A DNA stretch of 64,000 nt from Bacteroidota bacterium (GCA_011374625.1 DRPN01000138.1:4815-68814), one strand, 5' to 3'. Numbered from the stretch's first letter, positions 19,483-28,865 are shown. Notes: a model not told the origin generated them from the sequence alone. Translations and numbers: made by a program.

Positions 19483-20676
19483 ATGAACATCAGTATAGTT
19501 CAAGATATTTTCCTGATGGAGAAGAACACCGGTAAAGATTCTCTGGATTTGTTGTTTACCGGAGATTTTTTCCCTCATGAGACTTCTTCTAGTCTCATAC
19601 TTCAAAAGAATTTTGAAGCCCTTTTCAATGATTTTCTTTCTGTTCTTCATCATGCGGATCTGGCTGTGACCAATCTGGAATGTCCCCTTACCGATAAAAA
19701 ATCTCCGATAAAAAAGTCCGGTCCGGTTCTGAAAGCCCCACCCGATACAGCAGAAGCGCTGAAACATGGGAATATTGGGGTTGCCTGTCTGGCGAACAAC
19801 CATATCATGGACTATGGCACAGAAGGACTTTCTGACACATTGAAGCACCTGGATTCTGCCGGAATACAACATGTTGGCGCAGGATTGACGTTAGAACAGG
19901 CCATGGATCCGTTAATTATTACCAGAAAAGGTCTGAAAATCGGTATTATCAATGTGGCTGAACATGAGTTTTCTATTGCCACAGATCATTCTGCAGGAGC
20001 CGCCCCCATAGATGAAATAACGAATTATTATCAGATCAGGAAAGCCAGATCTGCTGCTGACCTGATCATATTAGTCCTGCATGGTGGCCATGAAATGTAT
20101 CCGTTTCCCAGTCCACGGATGGTGAAATTATACCGCTTTTATGCCGATCTGGGTGCAGATGTGATTATAGGGCATCATCCTCATGTGTTTTCTGGGTATG
20201 AAGTGTATAAACGGGTTCCTATTTTTTACAGTTTGGGTAATTTCCTGTTCGATGCGCCGGGACGCGTTAAACATTGGTACAGAGGATATGCAGTTTATTT
20301 AAAGCTAAGCGGGAAGAATATATCTGACATCTATCTCATACCTTATTCGCAGTTTGTTAATGGCCATGGCATATCGTTGCTAAATATAAAAGAAGTTGCT
20401 GAATTTAATGAGGATATACTGAGGTATAACCGGATCATTTCAGATGAAAAAAGCTTGAATGATCAATTTAAAAAATACATTTGCGAGCAGAGGGGAAACT
20501 ACCTGGCAGTATTTTTAAGTATGAGCCGGTACAAAAGAAGATTGCTGCAATTAAAATTTTTTCGTAACTTATTTTTTGGCCGTATCAGATTATTGCGTTT
20601 GTTAAATCAATTCAGGTGTCAATCGCACAGAGATGTAATGACAGAGACACTCAAACATGAATTGAATACCAAATAA
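19483..20676 (+). CDS. CapA/PgsA-family (PGA_cap) metallophosphatase-fold protein
   Basis: 397 aa with LLFTGDFFPHE, NLECPLT, LANNHIMDYGTEGL, LHGGHEMYPFP and ADVIIGHHPHVFSGYEVY..PIFYSLGNFLFD. Confidence 0.75.
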   Translation: MNISIVQDIFLMEKNTGKDSLDLLFTGDFFPHETSSSLILQKNFEALFNDFLSVLHHADLAVTNLECPLTDKKSPIKKSGPVLKAPPDTAEALKHGNIGVACLANNHIMDYGTEGLSDTLKHLDSAGIQHVGAGLTLEQAMDPLIITRKGLKIGIINVAEHEFSIATDHSAGAAPIDEITNYYQIRKARSAADLIILVLHGGHEMYPFPSPRMVKLYRFYADLGADVIIGHHPHVFSGYEVYKRVPIFYSLGNFLFDAPGRVKHWYRGYAVYLKLSGKNISDIYLIPYSQFVNGHGISLLNIKEVAEFNEDILRYNRIISDEKSLNDQFKKYICEQRGNYLAVFLSMSRYKRRLLQLKFFRNLFFGRIRLLRLLNQFRCQSHRDVMTETLKHELNTK

Positions 20677-20700
20677 CGGAAATACTCATATTTTCTATAG

Positions 20701-21996
20701 TTGTACCTGCATTCAACAAACAATTCACGGCGAACATTCAGATTTGTCAACAACAGCGAAAATAACAGAAGCAAAAGAGAACAATACTATTTTTTGAAAA
20801 ACAGTCAACATAATATATTGATCGTAACGGATAATCCATTTCCTGTCGGTCTCGCGGCAACACACCGGATAATTGCCTATGCCAGGGGGTTCATTACCAA
20901 TGGATGTAGGGTACAGGTTATTTGCTGCAAAAAAACCGAATGCAAGACCAGTGTGCACAACAGGGCAACCCATGGTATCTACCGGGGAATAGAATTCCGG
21001 TATATTCCCGGAACGACAGTAAAGTCAAAATACTTGCTGAAAAGAAAAATGGATGGTGTCTGGGGTGGTCTGAAATTACTGTCATGGAGTATTATGCATT
21101 TTAATGACAGACCGGTTGTTATTTATTATGGTTTGTCAACAGCAACAGCAATTATACTTAAGTTAAGTTCATTACTAAAAGGAAGTATATTGTTGAAAGA
21201 AGAAAATGAACATATCAGTATTCGACTGGCCTCGAAAAACATATTTTCAGGATTTGTTTTCAAACATATTCATTATCATTTGTTTGATGGCGTCCTGTTA
21301 ATAACAAAAAAACTGATTGAATATTTTCAGAAAAACTATCCGAAAAAAAAAATCCACCATGTACCTATTCTTGTTGATGCTGAAAACTTGCCACAGCGGG
21401 AAAACAGGTCAAACAAGATCACTTATTGCGGAATATTTGACAATGACGGGGTGGATACATTAATCAAGGCTTTTCAAATGGTTGTAAAAAATTTTCCTCA
21501 ATATCAACTCCAGTTAATAGGAATGGCCAAGAAAGATCGTATTGAAAAAGAATTGAGAGCCCTGGTGAATCAGGCAAATCTAACTGATCAGGTGATCTTT
21601 CGCGGCCCACAACCACATGAGGTGGTGGGGTACGAATTATCTAAATCAGCCCTACTGGTGCTTGCACGACCGGAAAGCATTCAGGCTCAGTATGGATTCC
21701 CGACAAAACTCGCAGAATATCTGATCACATCTAATCCAGTGGTGGTTACATCGGTTGGGGAAATTCCAGATTATTTAAAAGACAACAAAAATGCATACCT
21801 GGCTGTTCCTGGGGATGTGATGACCCTGTCGGAGAAAATCCAGGAAGCATTAAGTTTCCCTCTCAGGGCGGCGAAAATTGGCGCTGAGGGCCGAAATGCC
21901 GCTTTGGCCTATTTTAATAACATATATGAGACGAAAAAAATCATAGAGTGGATTGAAAAAAATTTAATAAGGTCCGGGGAAAATAATAAGTATTGA
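20701..21996 (+). CDS. Glycosyltransferase GT4
   Basis: 431 aa from TTG at 20701. An in-frame TTG at 20794 (LKNSQHNILIVTDNPFP...) is a more typical GT N-terminus, so the start is uncertain. The C-terminus LLVLARPESIQAQYGFPTKLAEYLITSNPVVVTSVGEIPDYL is paralogous to the GT at 13758. Confidence 0.75.
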   Translation: MYLHSTNNSRRTFRFVNNSENNRSKREQYYFLKNSQHNILIVTDNPFPVGLAATHRIIAYARGFITNGCRVQVICCKKTECKTSVHNRATHGIYRGIEFRYIPGTTVKSKYLLKRKMDGVWGGLKLLSWSIMHFNDRPVVIYYGLSTATAIILKLSSLLKGSILLKEENEHISIRLASKNIFSGFVFKHIHYHLFDGVLLITKKLIEYFQKNYPKKKIHHVPILVDAENLPQRENRSNKITYCGIFDNDGVDTLIKAFQMVVKNFPQYQLQLIGMAKKDRIEKELRALVNQANLTDQVIFRGPQPHEVVGYELSKSALLVLARPESIQAQYGFPTKLAEYLITSNPVVVTSVGEIPDYLKDNKNAYLAVPGDVMTLSEKIQEALSFPLRAAKIGAEGRNAALAYFNNIYETKKIIEWIEKNLIRSGENNKY

Positions 21997-22011
21997 TCTG
22001 AAATTTATTAT

Positions 22012-23046
22012 ATGATAAAAATAATTAAATCGGGGTACAGGAAAATCTATTATCATTTACCGGTGATGATCCGTGGAGTGGTTTCCGGTAATCTATACAG
22101 ATGGGGAATAAAACCAACCGTGAACAAACATGTCAGGTCTCCTTTTAACAGGGTTATGGTTACATTATCCGCTGATTTCGAAATGGCCTGGGCATTCAGG
22201 TTTTCAAAAAAAAGCGGAAATGATGCGGAATCCATCGGTCTTCAGGAAAGGGAAAACGTTCCTGAGATCATCAGACAACTGGATCATTATCACATCCCGG
22301 TGACATGGGCTACCGTGGGGCATTTGTTTCTGGAGGGATGTAAGAGGGAAAATGGGCTGCCCCATAGCAACATGCCCCGGCCTGATTTTTTTGAGAACAA
22401 GAACTGGCGATTCCAGGAAGGTGACTGGTATCAGCACGATCCCTGTTCAAACTACAAAGAAGCACCTGCCTGGTATGCGCCCGATCTGGTGGATATGATT
22501 ATGTATGCAAAAGCCGGCCATGAGATCGGTTGCCACACATTTTCACATACCGACTTTACCTACCGGAACTGTTCTGAATCCCTGGCTTTGGCTGAAATAA
22601 AAGAATGCAAGAAACATGCCGTGGAGAGAGGAGTTGTACTCAGGAGTATGGTGTTTGCCGGTGGTGCCGCTGGCAATTATGAAACCCTGAAAGAAGAAGG
22701 ATTCATATGTTACAGGTATAATGGGGTATACGATATTGACATACCTTTTATCGATCGCTTTGGGCTGGTTGCATTTCCCAGCAGTTATTGCCTGGGGGAA
22801 AGGGGATACAACTGGAATGCTGCTACATGTTTTGATGTCGTAAAGTCACATATCGCCAAGGCAATCAGTTATAATAGTACATGTCATTTATGGTTTCACC
22901 CTTCCATGTCTCCATGGTATCTGAAACAGGTGTTTCCGCAGTTGATGAAATATTTGGCCGAACTGAGAGATGCAGGGAAGATCGATATTCTTACCATGGG
23001 CGAGGCTGCTGTTAAATTGAAAAATAGCCAGAAAATTGTTGAATGA
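22012..23046 (+). CDS. Polysaccharide deacetylase (NodB homology / CE4)
   Basis: 344 aa with VTLSADFEMAWAF, IPVTWATVGHLF and GHEIGCHTFSHTDF (His-His metal motif). Confidence 0.75.
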   Translation: MIKIIKSGYRKIYYHLPVMIRGVVSGNLYRWGIKPTVNKHVRSPFNRVMVTLSADFEMAWAFRFSKKSGNDAESIGLQERENVPEIIRQLDHYHIPVTWATVGHLFLEGCKRENGLPHSNMPRPDFFENKNWRFQEGDWYQHDPCSNYKEAPAWYAPDLVDMIMYAKAGHEIGCHTFSHTDFTYRNCSESLALAEIKECKKHAVERGVVLRSMVFAGGAAGNYETLKEEGFICYRYNGVYDIDIPFIDRFGLVAFPSSYCLGERGYNWNAATCFDVVKSHIAKAISYNSTCHLWFHPSMSPWYLKQVFPQLMKYLAELRDAGKIDILTMGEAAVKLKNSQKIVE

Positions 23047-23099
23047 AAAGAGTAATTGCAGTAGCTATATAATATTGTTATTCAAATAAATACTCTGCA

Positions 23100-24806
23100 A
23101 TGGCAAAATTGCTGTACGTTTGTTTCAGAAGGAACAGGCCTTCATATTTTTCAAGAGAAAATATTGAGATCTTATCTGGGAGACTGGAGCCTGATAATAT
23201 TAAATTTCCTTTACCCAGGATCATTTCGGGAAGGGGAATACTTGCCATAATATTCAATGAAAATCCTGTTGTGAAGATTGAAGATTCCGGCGTTTGTCTT
23301 GGAACCATGGTCGGCCGTCAGGACCACTGGTGGCTTCCGAAACAGGATGTTCCCGACGGGACATATGCCCTCTTCAGAAGTAATGACAAATTTGTGGAAG
23401 TGATTACCGATGCCACAGCCAGCCGTACAGTTTGGTATTATTTTGATGAGGAGCTGTTCATTGCTTCCACGTCCCAGCGTGCCCTGGTATTTTTCCTGAG
23501 AGACTTTCAGTTCAATGAGAAGGTGATTCCCTGGATGCTGTCATCGGGAACCCTCGGTCCGGGAAATTCATGGGACAGCGGGTTAAAAATGCTGGAAGCC
23601 AATTCTTCTCTTTTGCTTGACAGAAAAGAATGGAAAATATCCATTAACCGGGAAGAACTGGAATATGAAGAAATCTGCAGAGACAAAAAAAATCATGAGG
23701 CCGAATTGCTCAGGGTATTGAAAGAAACTTTTCACAGGCTTGATCTGAATTACTCAAAGTGGATATTAACACTTTCCGGCGGATCTGATAGCAGAAGTAT
23801 TTTATATATGCTCAGGGATATTGATAACCTGACATGTATTACATGGGGGCTTGCTTCTTCAAGAGACCAGAAAAACAATGATGCGTACATAGCTACTGCG
23901 CTTGCACGAAGGTACAATAAGGATCACCGTTTCTATCTGACCCATTCTTCCAGTGAAACGGCAGAGCAAATTTTCAGAAGGTATCTGGTTTGCAGTGAAG
24001 GCAGAATTGATCATATTATTGGTTATGTGGATGGTTTTCGAATCTGGAAGGAATTATTCAACGAGGGAGTAAGAGGTGTTATCAGAGGAGATCAGGAATT
24101 TGGACAGGCCCCGGTATTTTCTGAGTATCATGTAAGGTTGAAGGTTGGATTTCCTGTTGCTTCCGATTTTACCAATCTGGAAGGTATCGGGATATATGGG
24201 ATGAATGATCAAATTATTCCTGACCGGCTTCTGAAAAAAGACAATGAAACATTGGCAACATACCGCGACAGGGTTTACCATGAATTCAGACAGTCACACG
24301 TTATGGCCGCACTAAATGATATTAAGAGTACTTACCTGGAAATTATCAATCCTCTATTATGTAAAAACATCCTTCGAACAATTCGAACACTGCCCGATAA
24401 CCTGAGAACAAACAAAAAGCTTATTAAGGAAATACTGAACAACATGGACCCATCCATTCCTTTTGCCCGGCATATTGCCATCGACAGAAGTGAAAATTTC
24501 TTAAGCACCAAAAAGGTTCGGGATGAGATGATAAACGAAGTCGGTTCATCTGGAGTTTTATCCCTGTTTCCGGATGAATTCCAGGGATTATTGCTGTGTG
24601 ACAGGGAGCAAAACAGCTATAAACGGAGAATTGAACAGATCATAACGAAAAAAGTGAAGCGTCATTTCTCAAATAAATTCAAGGGTATGCTCAAAAGCAC
24701 TATTGCCAAACCGAGTGTGAACAATCATGTGCTTTTATTCCGTGTTTATATCATTTCTAAAATGAAAAAGCTTTTGGAAGAGGATGCCAGGACAATAAAA
24801 ACTTAA
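23100..24806 (+). CDS. Asparagine-synthetase-B-like ATP-pyrophosphatase (amidoligase) lacking the N-terminal catalytic Cys
   Basis: 568 aa. It has the PP-loop LTLSGGSDSRSILYML. An N-terminal Ntn-like domain is recognisable (TASRTVWYYFDEELFIASTSQRALVFFL), but the protein starts MAKLLY rather than MC. Confidence 0.7.
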   Translation: MAKLLYVCFRRNRPSYFSRENIEILSGRLEPDNIKFPLPRIISGRGILAIIFNENPVVKIEDSGVCLGTMVGRQDHWWLPKQDVPDGTYALFRSNDKFVEVITDATASRTVWYYFDEELFIASTSQRALVFFLRDFQFNEKVIPWMLSSGTLGPGNSWDSGLKMLEANSSLLLDRKEWKISINREELEYEEICRDKKNHEAELLRVLKETFHRLDLNYSKWILTLSGGSDSRSILYMLRDIDNLTCITWGLASSRDQKNNDAYIATALARRYNKDHRFYLTHSSSETAEQIFRRYLVCSEGRIDHIIGYVDGFRIWKELFNEGVRGVIRGDQEFGQAPVFSEYHVRLKVGFPVASDFTNLEGIGIYGMNDQIIPDRLLKKDNETLATYRDRVYHEFRQSHVMAALNDIKSTYLEIINPLLCKNILRTIRTLPDNLRTNKKLIKEILNNMDPSIPFARHIAIDRSENFLSTKKVRDEMINEVGSSGVLSLFPDEFQGLLLCDREQNSYKRRIEQIITKKVKRHFSNKFKGMLKSTIAKPSVNNHVLLFRVYIISKMKKLLEEDARTIKT

Positions 24807-24917
24807 AGATCTTCCAGATGCGCTTATATTTATGTATCCATATGATGCTTTTGCCCAGGGTTCCCATGCGATATTTTTCCTGATGCGGATATTCCGGTGT
24901 ACTATTAGCAGCTATAG

Positions 24918-26012
24918 ATGAATGTACTGATTATTACTGAAAACCTGGGAATAGGGGGGGCCGAGAGAAGGTTGGTTGAACTGCTCAAGGCTTTTGACCG
25001 GTACCCCGATATCATGACGCATGTTGTTGTTTTAAAAAACCTGGTGAAGTTTGGCGATGTATATGTTCTTAGAAATACAAAGATTTCTGTGCTGACCCGC
25101 AAAATAAAAAAGGATCCAACGATATATTACAGATTATTGAAAATTTGCCGGCAATTCCAGCCTGACATTATTCATGGCTGGGGTTCCATGTCTGCTGTGT
25201 ACGGGTTTCCTCTGGCAAGATTTTTACGTGTGCCGTTTATCAATGCCATGATAACCAATGCAGAATGCAGAAAATGGAGTAAAAGCTGGTGGCGTGCCAG
25301 GCTGACTTTCCCTTTCTCCGATGTTATTCAGTCAAACTCCTGTGCGGGAATACAAGCATACCGGGTTCCCCAAAATAAAGCCAGGGTAATCCATAATGGA
25401 TTTGATATGAAACGTATAACCGGGCTTGCTGATCCGGAGAACATCAGAACTAAATTTGATATCAGAACAAAATATGTTGTCGGAATGGTGGGCACTTTTT
25501 CGGAAAAAAAGGATTATCACACTTTTTTCCGGGTGGCATTGGATATGGTATCGAGAAGAAACGATATTACTTTTATGGCCGTTGGGGACGGAGTGTATTT
25601 CGGGAAATTTAATAAAATGATTAAGGGTGATCAGAGGAAAAAAATAATACTTACCGGATTTCAGGAAGATGTTGAATCCATAATCAATATTTTTGATATT
25701 GGTGTACTGACTACCTATACTGAAGGAATCTCCAATGCCATAATGGAGTATATGGCTCTGGGGAAACCTGTGATTGCAACGGATGGAGGCGGAACCAGTG
25801 AAATCATTATTGATAAGGTGACAGGATTCATCATTGATCATGCTGCCGGAGAACAACTTAAAGAAAAAATAGAATATCTGGTGAACAATCCCGGGCAAAC
25901 TTTTGTTATGGGTAAGAAGGGACAAGAAAGAATAATCAATGAGTTTAGTATAGAAAAGATGGTCAATTTGATCCTGGATTTGTATACGGAACAGACAGGT
26001 ATTGCTCATTAA
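24918..26012 (+). CDS. Glycosyltransferase GT4
   Basis: 364 aa with NVLIITENLGIGGAERRLVEL, VVGMVGTFSEKKDY and GVLTTYTEGISNAIMEYMALGKPVIATDGGGTSEII. Confidence 0.8.
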   Translation: MNVLIITENLGIGGAERRLVELLKAFDRYPDIMTHVVVLKNLVKFGDVYVLRNTKISVLTRKIKKDPTIYYRLLKICRQFQPDIIHGWGSMSAVYGFPLARFLRVPFINAMITNAECRKWSKSWWRARLTFPFSDVIQSNSCAGIQAYRVPQNKARVIHNGFDMKRITGLADPENIRTKFDIRTKYVVGMVGTFSEKKDYHTFFRVALDMVSRRNDITFMAVGDGVYFGKFNKMIKGDQRKKIILTGFQEDVESIINIFDIGVLTTYTEGISNAIMEYMALGKPVIATDGGGTSEIIIDKVTGFIIDHAAGEQLKEKIEYLVNNPGQTFVMGKKGQERIINEFSIEKMVNLILDLYTEQTGIAH

Positions 26013-26140
26013 ACCGAAAAATATATCCGAAATCAATTTGCTCTTCATTTAAACGGGGTGAATGACCAATGTTTCAGATCATTAATATTTAAAGTGATGG
26101 TTTAATGATCGTTTTCTTTATCGGGATCACTTTTTAAAAT

Positions 26141-27076
26141 ATGTCGATCAAATCAAATACCCGTTTTCGCATTGGTCAGACTGTCCGGGTACGCAGTCTG
26201 GAAGAAATTGTTGCCACACTTGATGATTACGGCAAACTGGATGGGATGGTATTTATGCCCGAAATGATCAAATACTGTGGTCGATCATTTCAAATATTTC
26301 ATTTTTCCTGGAGAACCTGTATCGAAGGTCATGGCATCGGATTCCGGAGTATGACGGGTACAGTATTTTTAAAGGATCTTCGTTGTGACGGTGCATTTCA
26401 TGATGGCTGCCAGCGGGGATGCCTGTTTTTCTGGAAAGAGGAATGGCTAAGTGAAACACCTGTTGATCAGTTAGATAATGTGGTCGACAGTTCTGTGCCG
26501 TGTTCCGGAGATGGTTTGCGGACAAGGACGGGAGACCGGTATTTCTGCCAGTTCACGGAGCTGGCCGGAGCTTCATCTTCTAACCGCCCCACACAGCTCA
26601 TCTGGTATTTGAAAGATATATGGCACGGGGATATGGGCATTTTTGTATTTGTATCCAAATTGGTGGATGTCCTTTTAAACCGTATCAGACACTTCATCGG
26701 AAGGGATTCGGGTAAATTGTTGAAGGGAAACCGGAGTAAAACCGATAGGGAAGACCTCAATCTGCAACCCGGCGAATGGGTGCAGGTGAAAGAAAGATCA
26801 GAGATACAGTCAACCCTTGATCATGAGGGGAAAAACAGAGGGCTTCAGTTCAGTGCGGATATGTTGCCGTTTTGTGGGGGAAAATATAAAGTAGCCGGTA
26901 AAGTGAACAAGATAATCGATATGGAGTCCGGTAAAATGATCAATATCCGGAATACGGTCATTCTTGAAGAGGTAACCTGCCAGCGATTTGGTTGTTACCG
27001 GGCTAATTTGCTGTATTGGCGGGAGATATGGTTGCGGCGAAGCAATGCGCCTGGAGAACCCGTTATGCCTGCATAA
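26141..27076 (+). CDS. Hypothetical protein with two copies of a ~95-aa Cys-containing domain
   Basis: 311 aa. Residues ~8-104 and ~207-300 align with each other: IGQTVRVRSLEEIVATLDDYGKLDGMVFMPEMIKYCGRSF...FFWKEEWL versus PGEWVQVKERSEIQSTLDHEGKNRGLQFSADMLPFCGGKY...LYWREIWL. I recognise no family. Confidence 0.6.
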   Translation: MSIKSNTRFRIGQTVRVRSLEEIVATLDDYGKLDGMVFMPEMIKYCGRSFQIFHFSWRTCIEGHGIGFRSMTGTVFLKDLRCDGAFHDGCQRGCLFFWKEEWLSETPVDQLDNVVDSSVPCSGDGLRTRTGDRYFCQFTELAGASSSNRPTQLIWYLKDIWHGDMGIFVFVSKLVDVLLNRIRHFIGRDSGKLLKGNRSKTDREDLNLQPGEWVQVKERSEIQSTLDHEGKNRGLQFSADMLPFCGGKYKVAGKVNKIIDMESGKMINIRNTVILEEVTCQRFGCYRANLLYWREIWLRRSNAPGEPVMPA

Positions 27077-27104
27077 AATGCGCTCGCTTAACAGCGATAA
27101 ACTG

Positions 27105-27857
27105 TTAAATATAACAATTCAATATTTTTCTTAAAACTTTGCCCATCTCTTTGAGTATATATACGGGATACGATTCATAATTTGATTCTTCGACCAGTAT
27201 ACCCCCAAAGCTGTCCTTAAAGTTATTGATTCCCCGTAATGATTCATCAGTGGTTTGATAAGCATATCCTCCGAAATCATAGGTTACAAATCCCTGCTCG
27301 CGGAAAAAAAGCATATCCTGATAGTGCAAATACCTGTTGGCACATCCAATGAGCGACCGTTCTTCGTTATTTAATTCTGGGTTCCAGCTGTTTGAAACGG
27401 AATGTAATGCCCTGACCCGTTGGATGGACCTGTCAAGAAGATAGGAGTGATAAACAACGATGGGACTATCCTTTTGGTATGCCATGCGTACGATCAGAGC
27501 ATCTCCGTATATTTTCAGCTTCTTTTCTGTTATGGTTCCTTCCAGTTTTCTGTGTTTATTGAAAGCATTGTAAGCTGCTATAAATGATGGAAGATGGTTG
27601 GTGGTTTCACAGATTATATCGCTTTTGATGGCCTTTCTGATGCCCCAGCGGGTATTCTTATTAAACGATTCTGTAAATCTGTTATCAGCAATATTGATCA
27701 GTTTTGTATATTTTGGAAATCTTTTAAATCCAATTCTTATTCCGGTATAAAATGATTGTAGGTAGTAGTTAAATAATCCATCCTTCAGCGAAGGATTATT
27801 TGCATACAGTATCAATTTTCTCTTTACCGGTATTTTTGTTATGAAAAATGTGAGCAT
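27105..27857 (-). CDS. FemAB-like / GNAT-fold transferase (short form), opposite strand to the locus
   Basis: 250 aa with TRWGIRKAIKSDI, VVYHSYLLDRSIQRVRALHSVSN, RYLHYQDMLFFREQGFVTYDFGG and GINNFKDSFGG. The layout matches the C-terminal part of 16240..17322. Confidence 0.55.
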   Translation of the reverse strand: MLTFFITKIPVKRKLILYANNPSLKDGLFNYYLQSFYTGIRIGFKRFPKYTKLINIADNRFTESFNKNTRWGIRKAIKSDIICETTNHLPSFIAAYNAFNKHRKLEGTITEKKLKIYGDALIVRMAYQKDSPIVVYHSYLLDRSIQRVRALHSVSNSWNPELNNEERSLIGCANRYLHYQDMLFFREQGFVTYDFGGYAYQTTDESLRGINNFKDSFGGILVEESNYESYPVYILKEMGKVLRKILNCYI

Positions 27858-27956
27858 ATATTATTTTGTCTCAGTGAATATTTATTGATAGCACGATGGC
27901 AGATTAATACATACAGTTTTCCAGGGAACCCCAACGTATAAATAGGGCCGAAAATG

Positions 27957-28494
27957 TCAGCAATTTTTATTTCCATTTACCCAGCTTATCTCTGGTTTCA
28001 AAATATTCTTTCCAGAAAGCATCCTGAAAAGTAAGGATAAAAAATACTTCTTTTCATATTTCAGGAGGTTTATGACAAAAAGCATGGCGCTGTTCCAGCT
28101 TTCGGAAGTGTTCTGCCGTCTTGCCCTGATCCTGTTGGGTTCATAGCCATTCTTTGCCTTTCCGGATTTCCCTTCTATCGCATTTCTTTCAGCAGATTCC
28201 TTTCTTCGTTTTCTCCTTTGATTATCCATAAATATTTTAGCTCTTTTTTCTTTCGTCATTCATTCAACAGATTGATATCCGCAGGAAACTTGATATACTG
28301 ATCCGCTGCCGTTGCATCTATCTGAAGTTTCCCTTCATTGGATGGGTCAGTTCCATCATGTAAATCTCTGCAAAACGATCCCAGGGAGCAACCTGACATA
28401 ATTTTACCCACCGGTTCTCTTTTGATAACTTCCGGTAAAAGGGTGTCTTAAATTCTTCGGTTGTTAATTGTTTTGTCGATTCGTGACGCACCAT
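27957..28494 (-). pseudogene. Internally deleted IS5/IS1182-like (DDE_Tnp_1) transposase relic
   Basis: Three fragments lie in different frames on the minus strand. (1) 28494..28318 encodes MVRHESTKQLTTEEFKTPFYRKLSKENRWVKLCQVAPWDRFAEIY, a typical N-terminal transposase domain. (2) GKLQIDATAADQYIKFPADINLLNE is the start of the DDE domain. (3) ORF 27957..28259 carries ERNAIEGKSGKAKNGYEPNRIRARRQNTSESWNSAMLFVINLLK, a typical C-terminus. About 1 kb of the middle is missing. I could not define terminal inverted repeats. Confidence 0.7.
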
Positions 28495-28865
28495 GCTTGA
28501 CTGCCATTTGGTATGAAATGCAAGCTTTTTCGGCTAATTTAGCCTTTTTCTTTGCATTTTAGAACTATATATCTCCCGACTTATCAACATAGCACATTGA
28601 TTATCTAAAGGTATAATGGTTTTTCAGCAAACTCTATAGTAACATATTATCGGAAAGATCATTATAATTATTCAATTTATGAAATATTTGGGAAAAGAGG
28701 CATCTGGGTCAGAATTTTTATATACTTTGCAATTAAAGCATATCTGTTCAATAACTGATCATTCTTAAATTATTTTAAGTTGCAAAGCAAAATTCAGGGG
28801 CGTTGTATCAACAATCATATATAATTGAAGGTTGATGTTGGATACTTTTTAATGAATACATTCTT

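Noticed and set aside
19483-20676. A poly-gamma-glutamate capsule system inferred from CapA
   Set aside because: No PgsB (Mur-ligase-like) or PgsC partner is present in the window. CapA-family proteins occur widely outside PGA systems.
25332-26048. 238-aa minus-strand ORF
   Set aside because: It is entirely antisense to the well-supported GT4 gene 24918..26012, and its composition and sequence are not protein-like.
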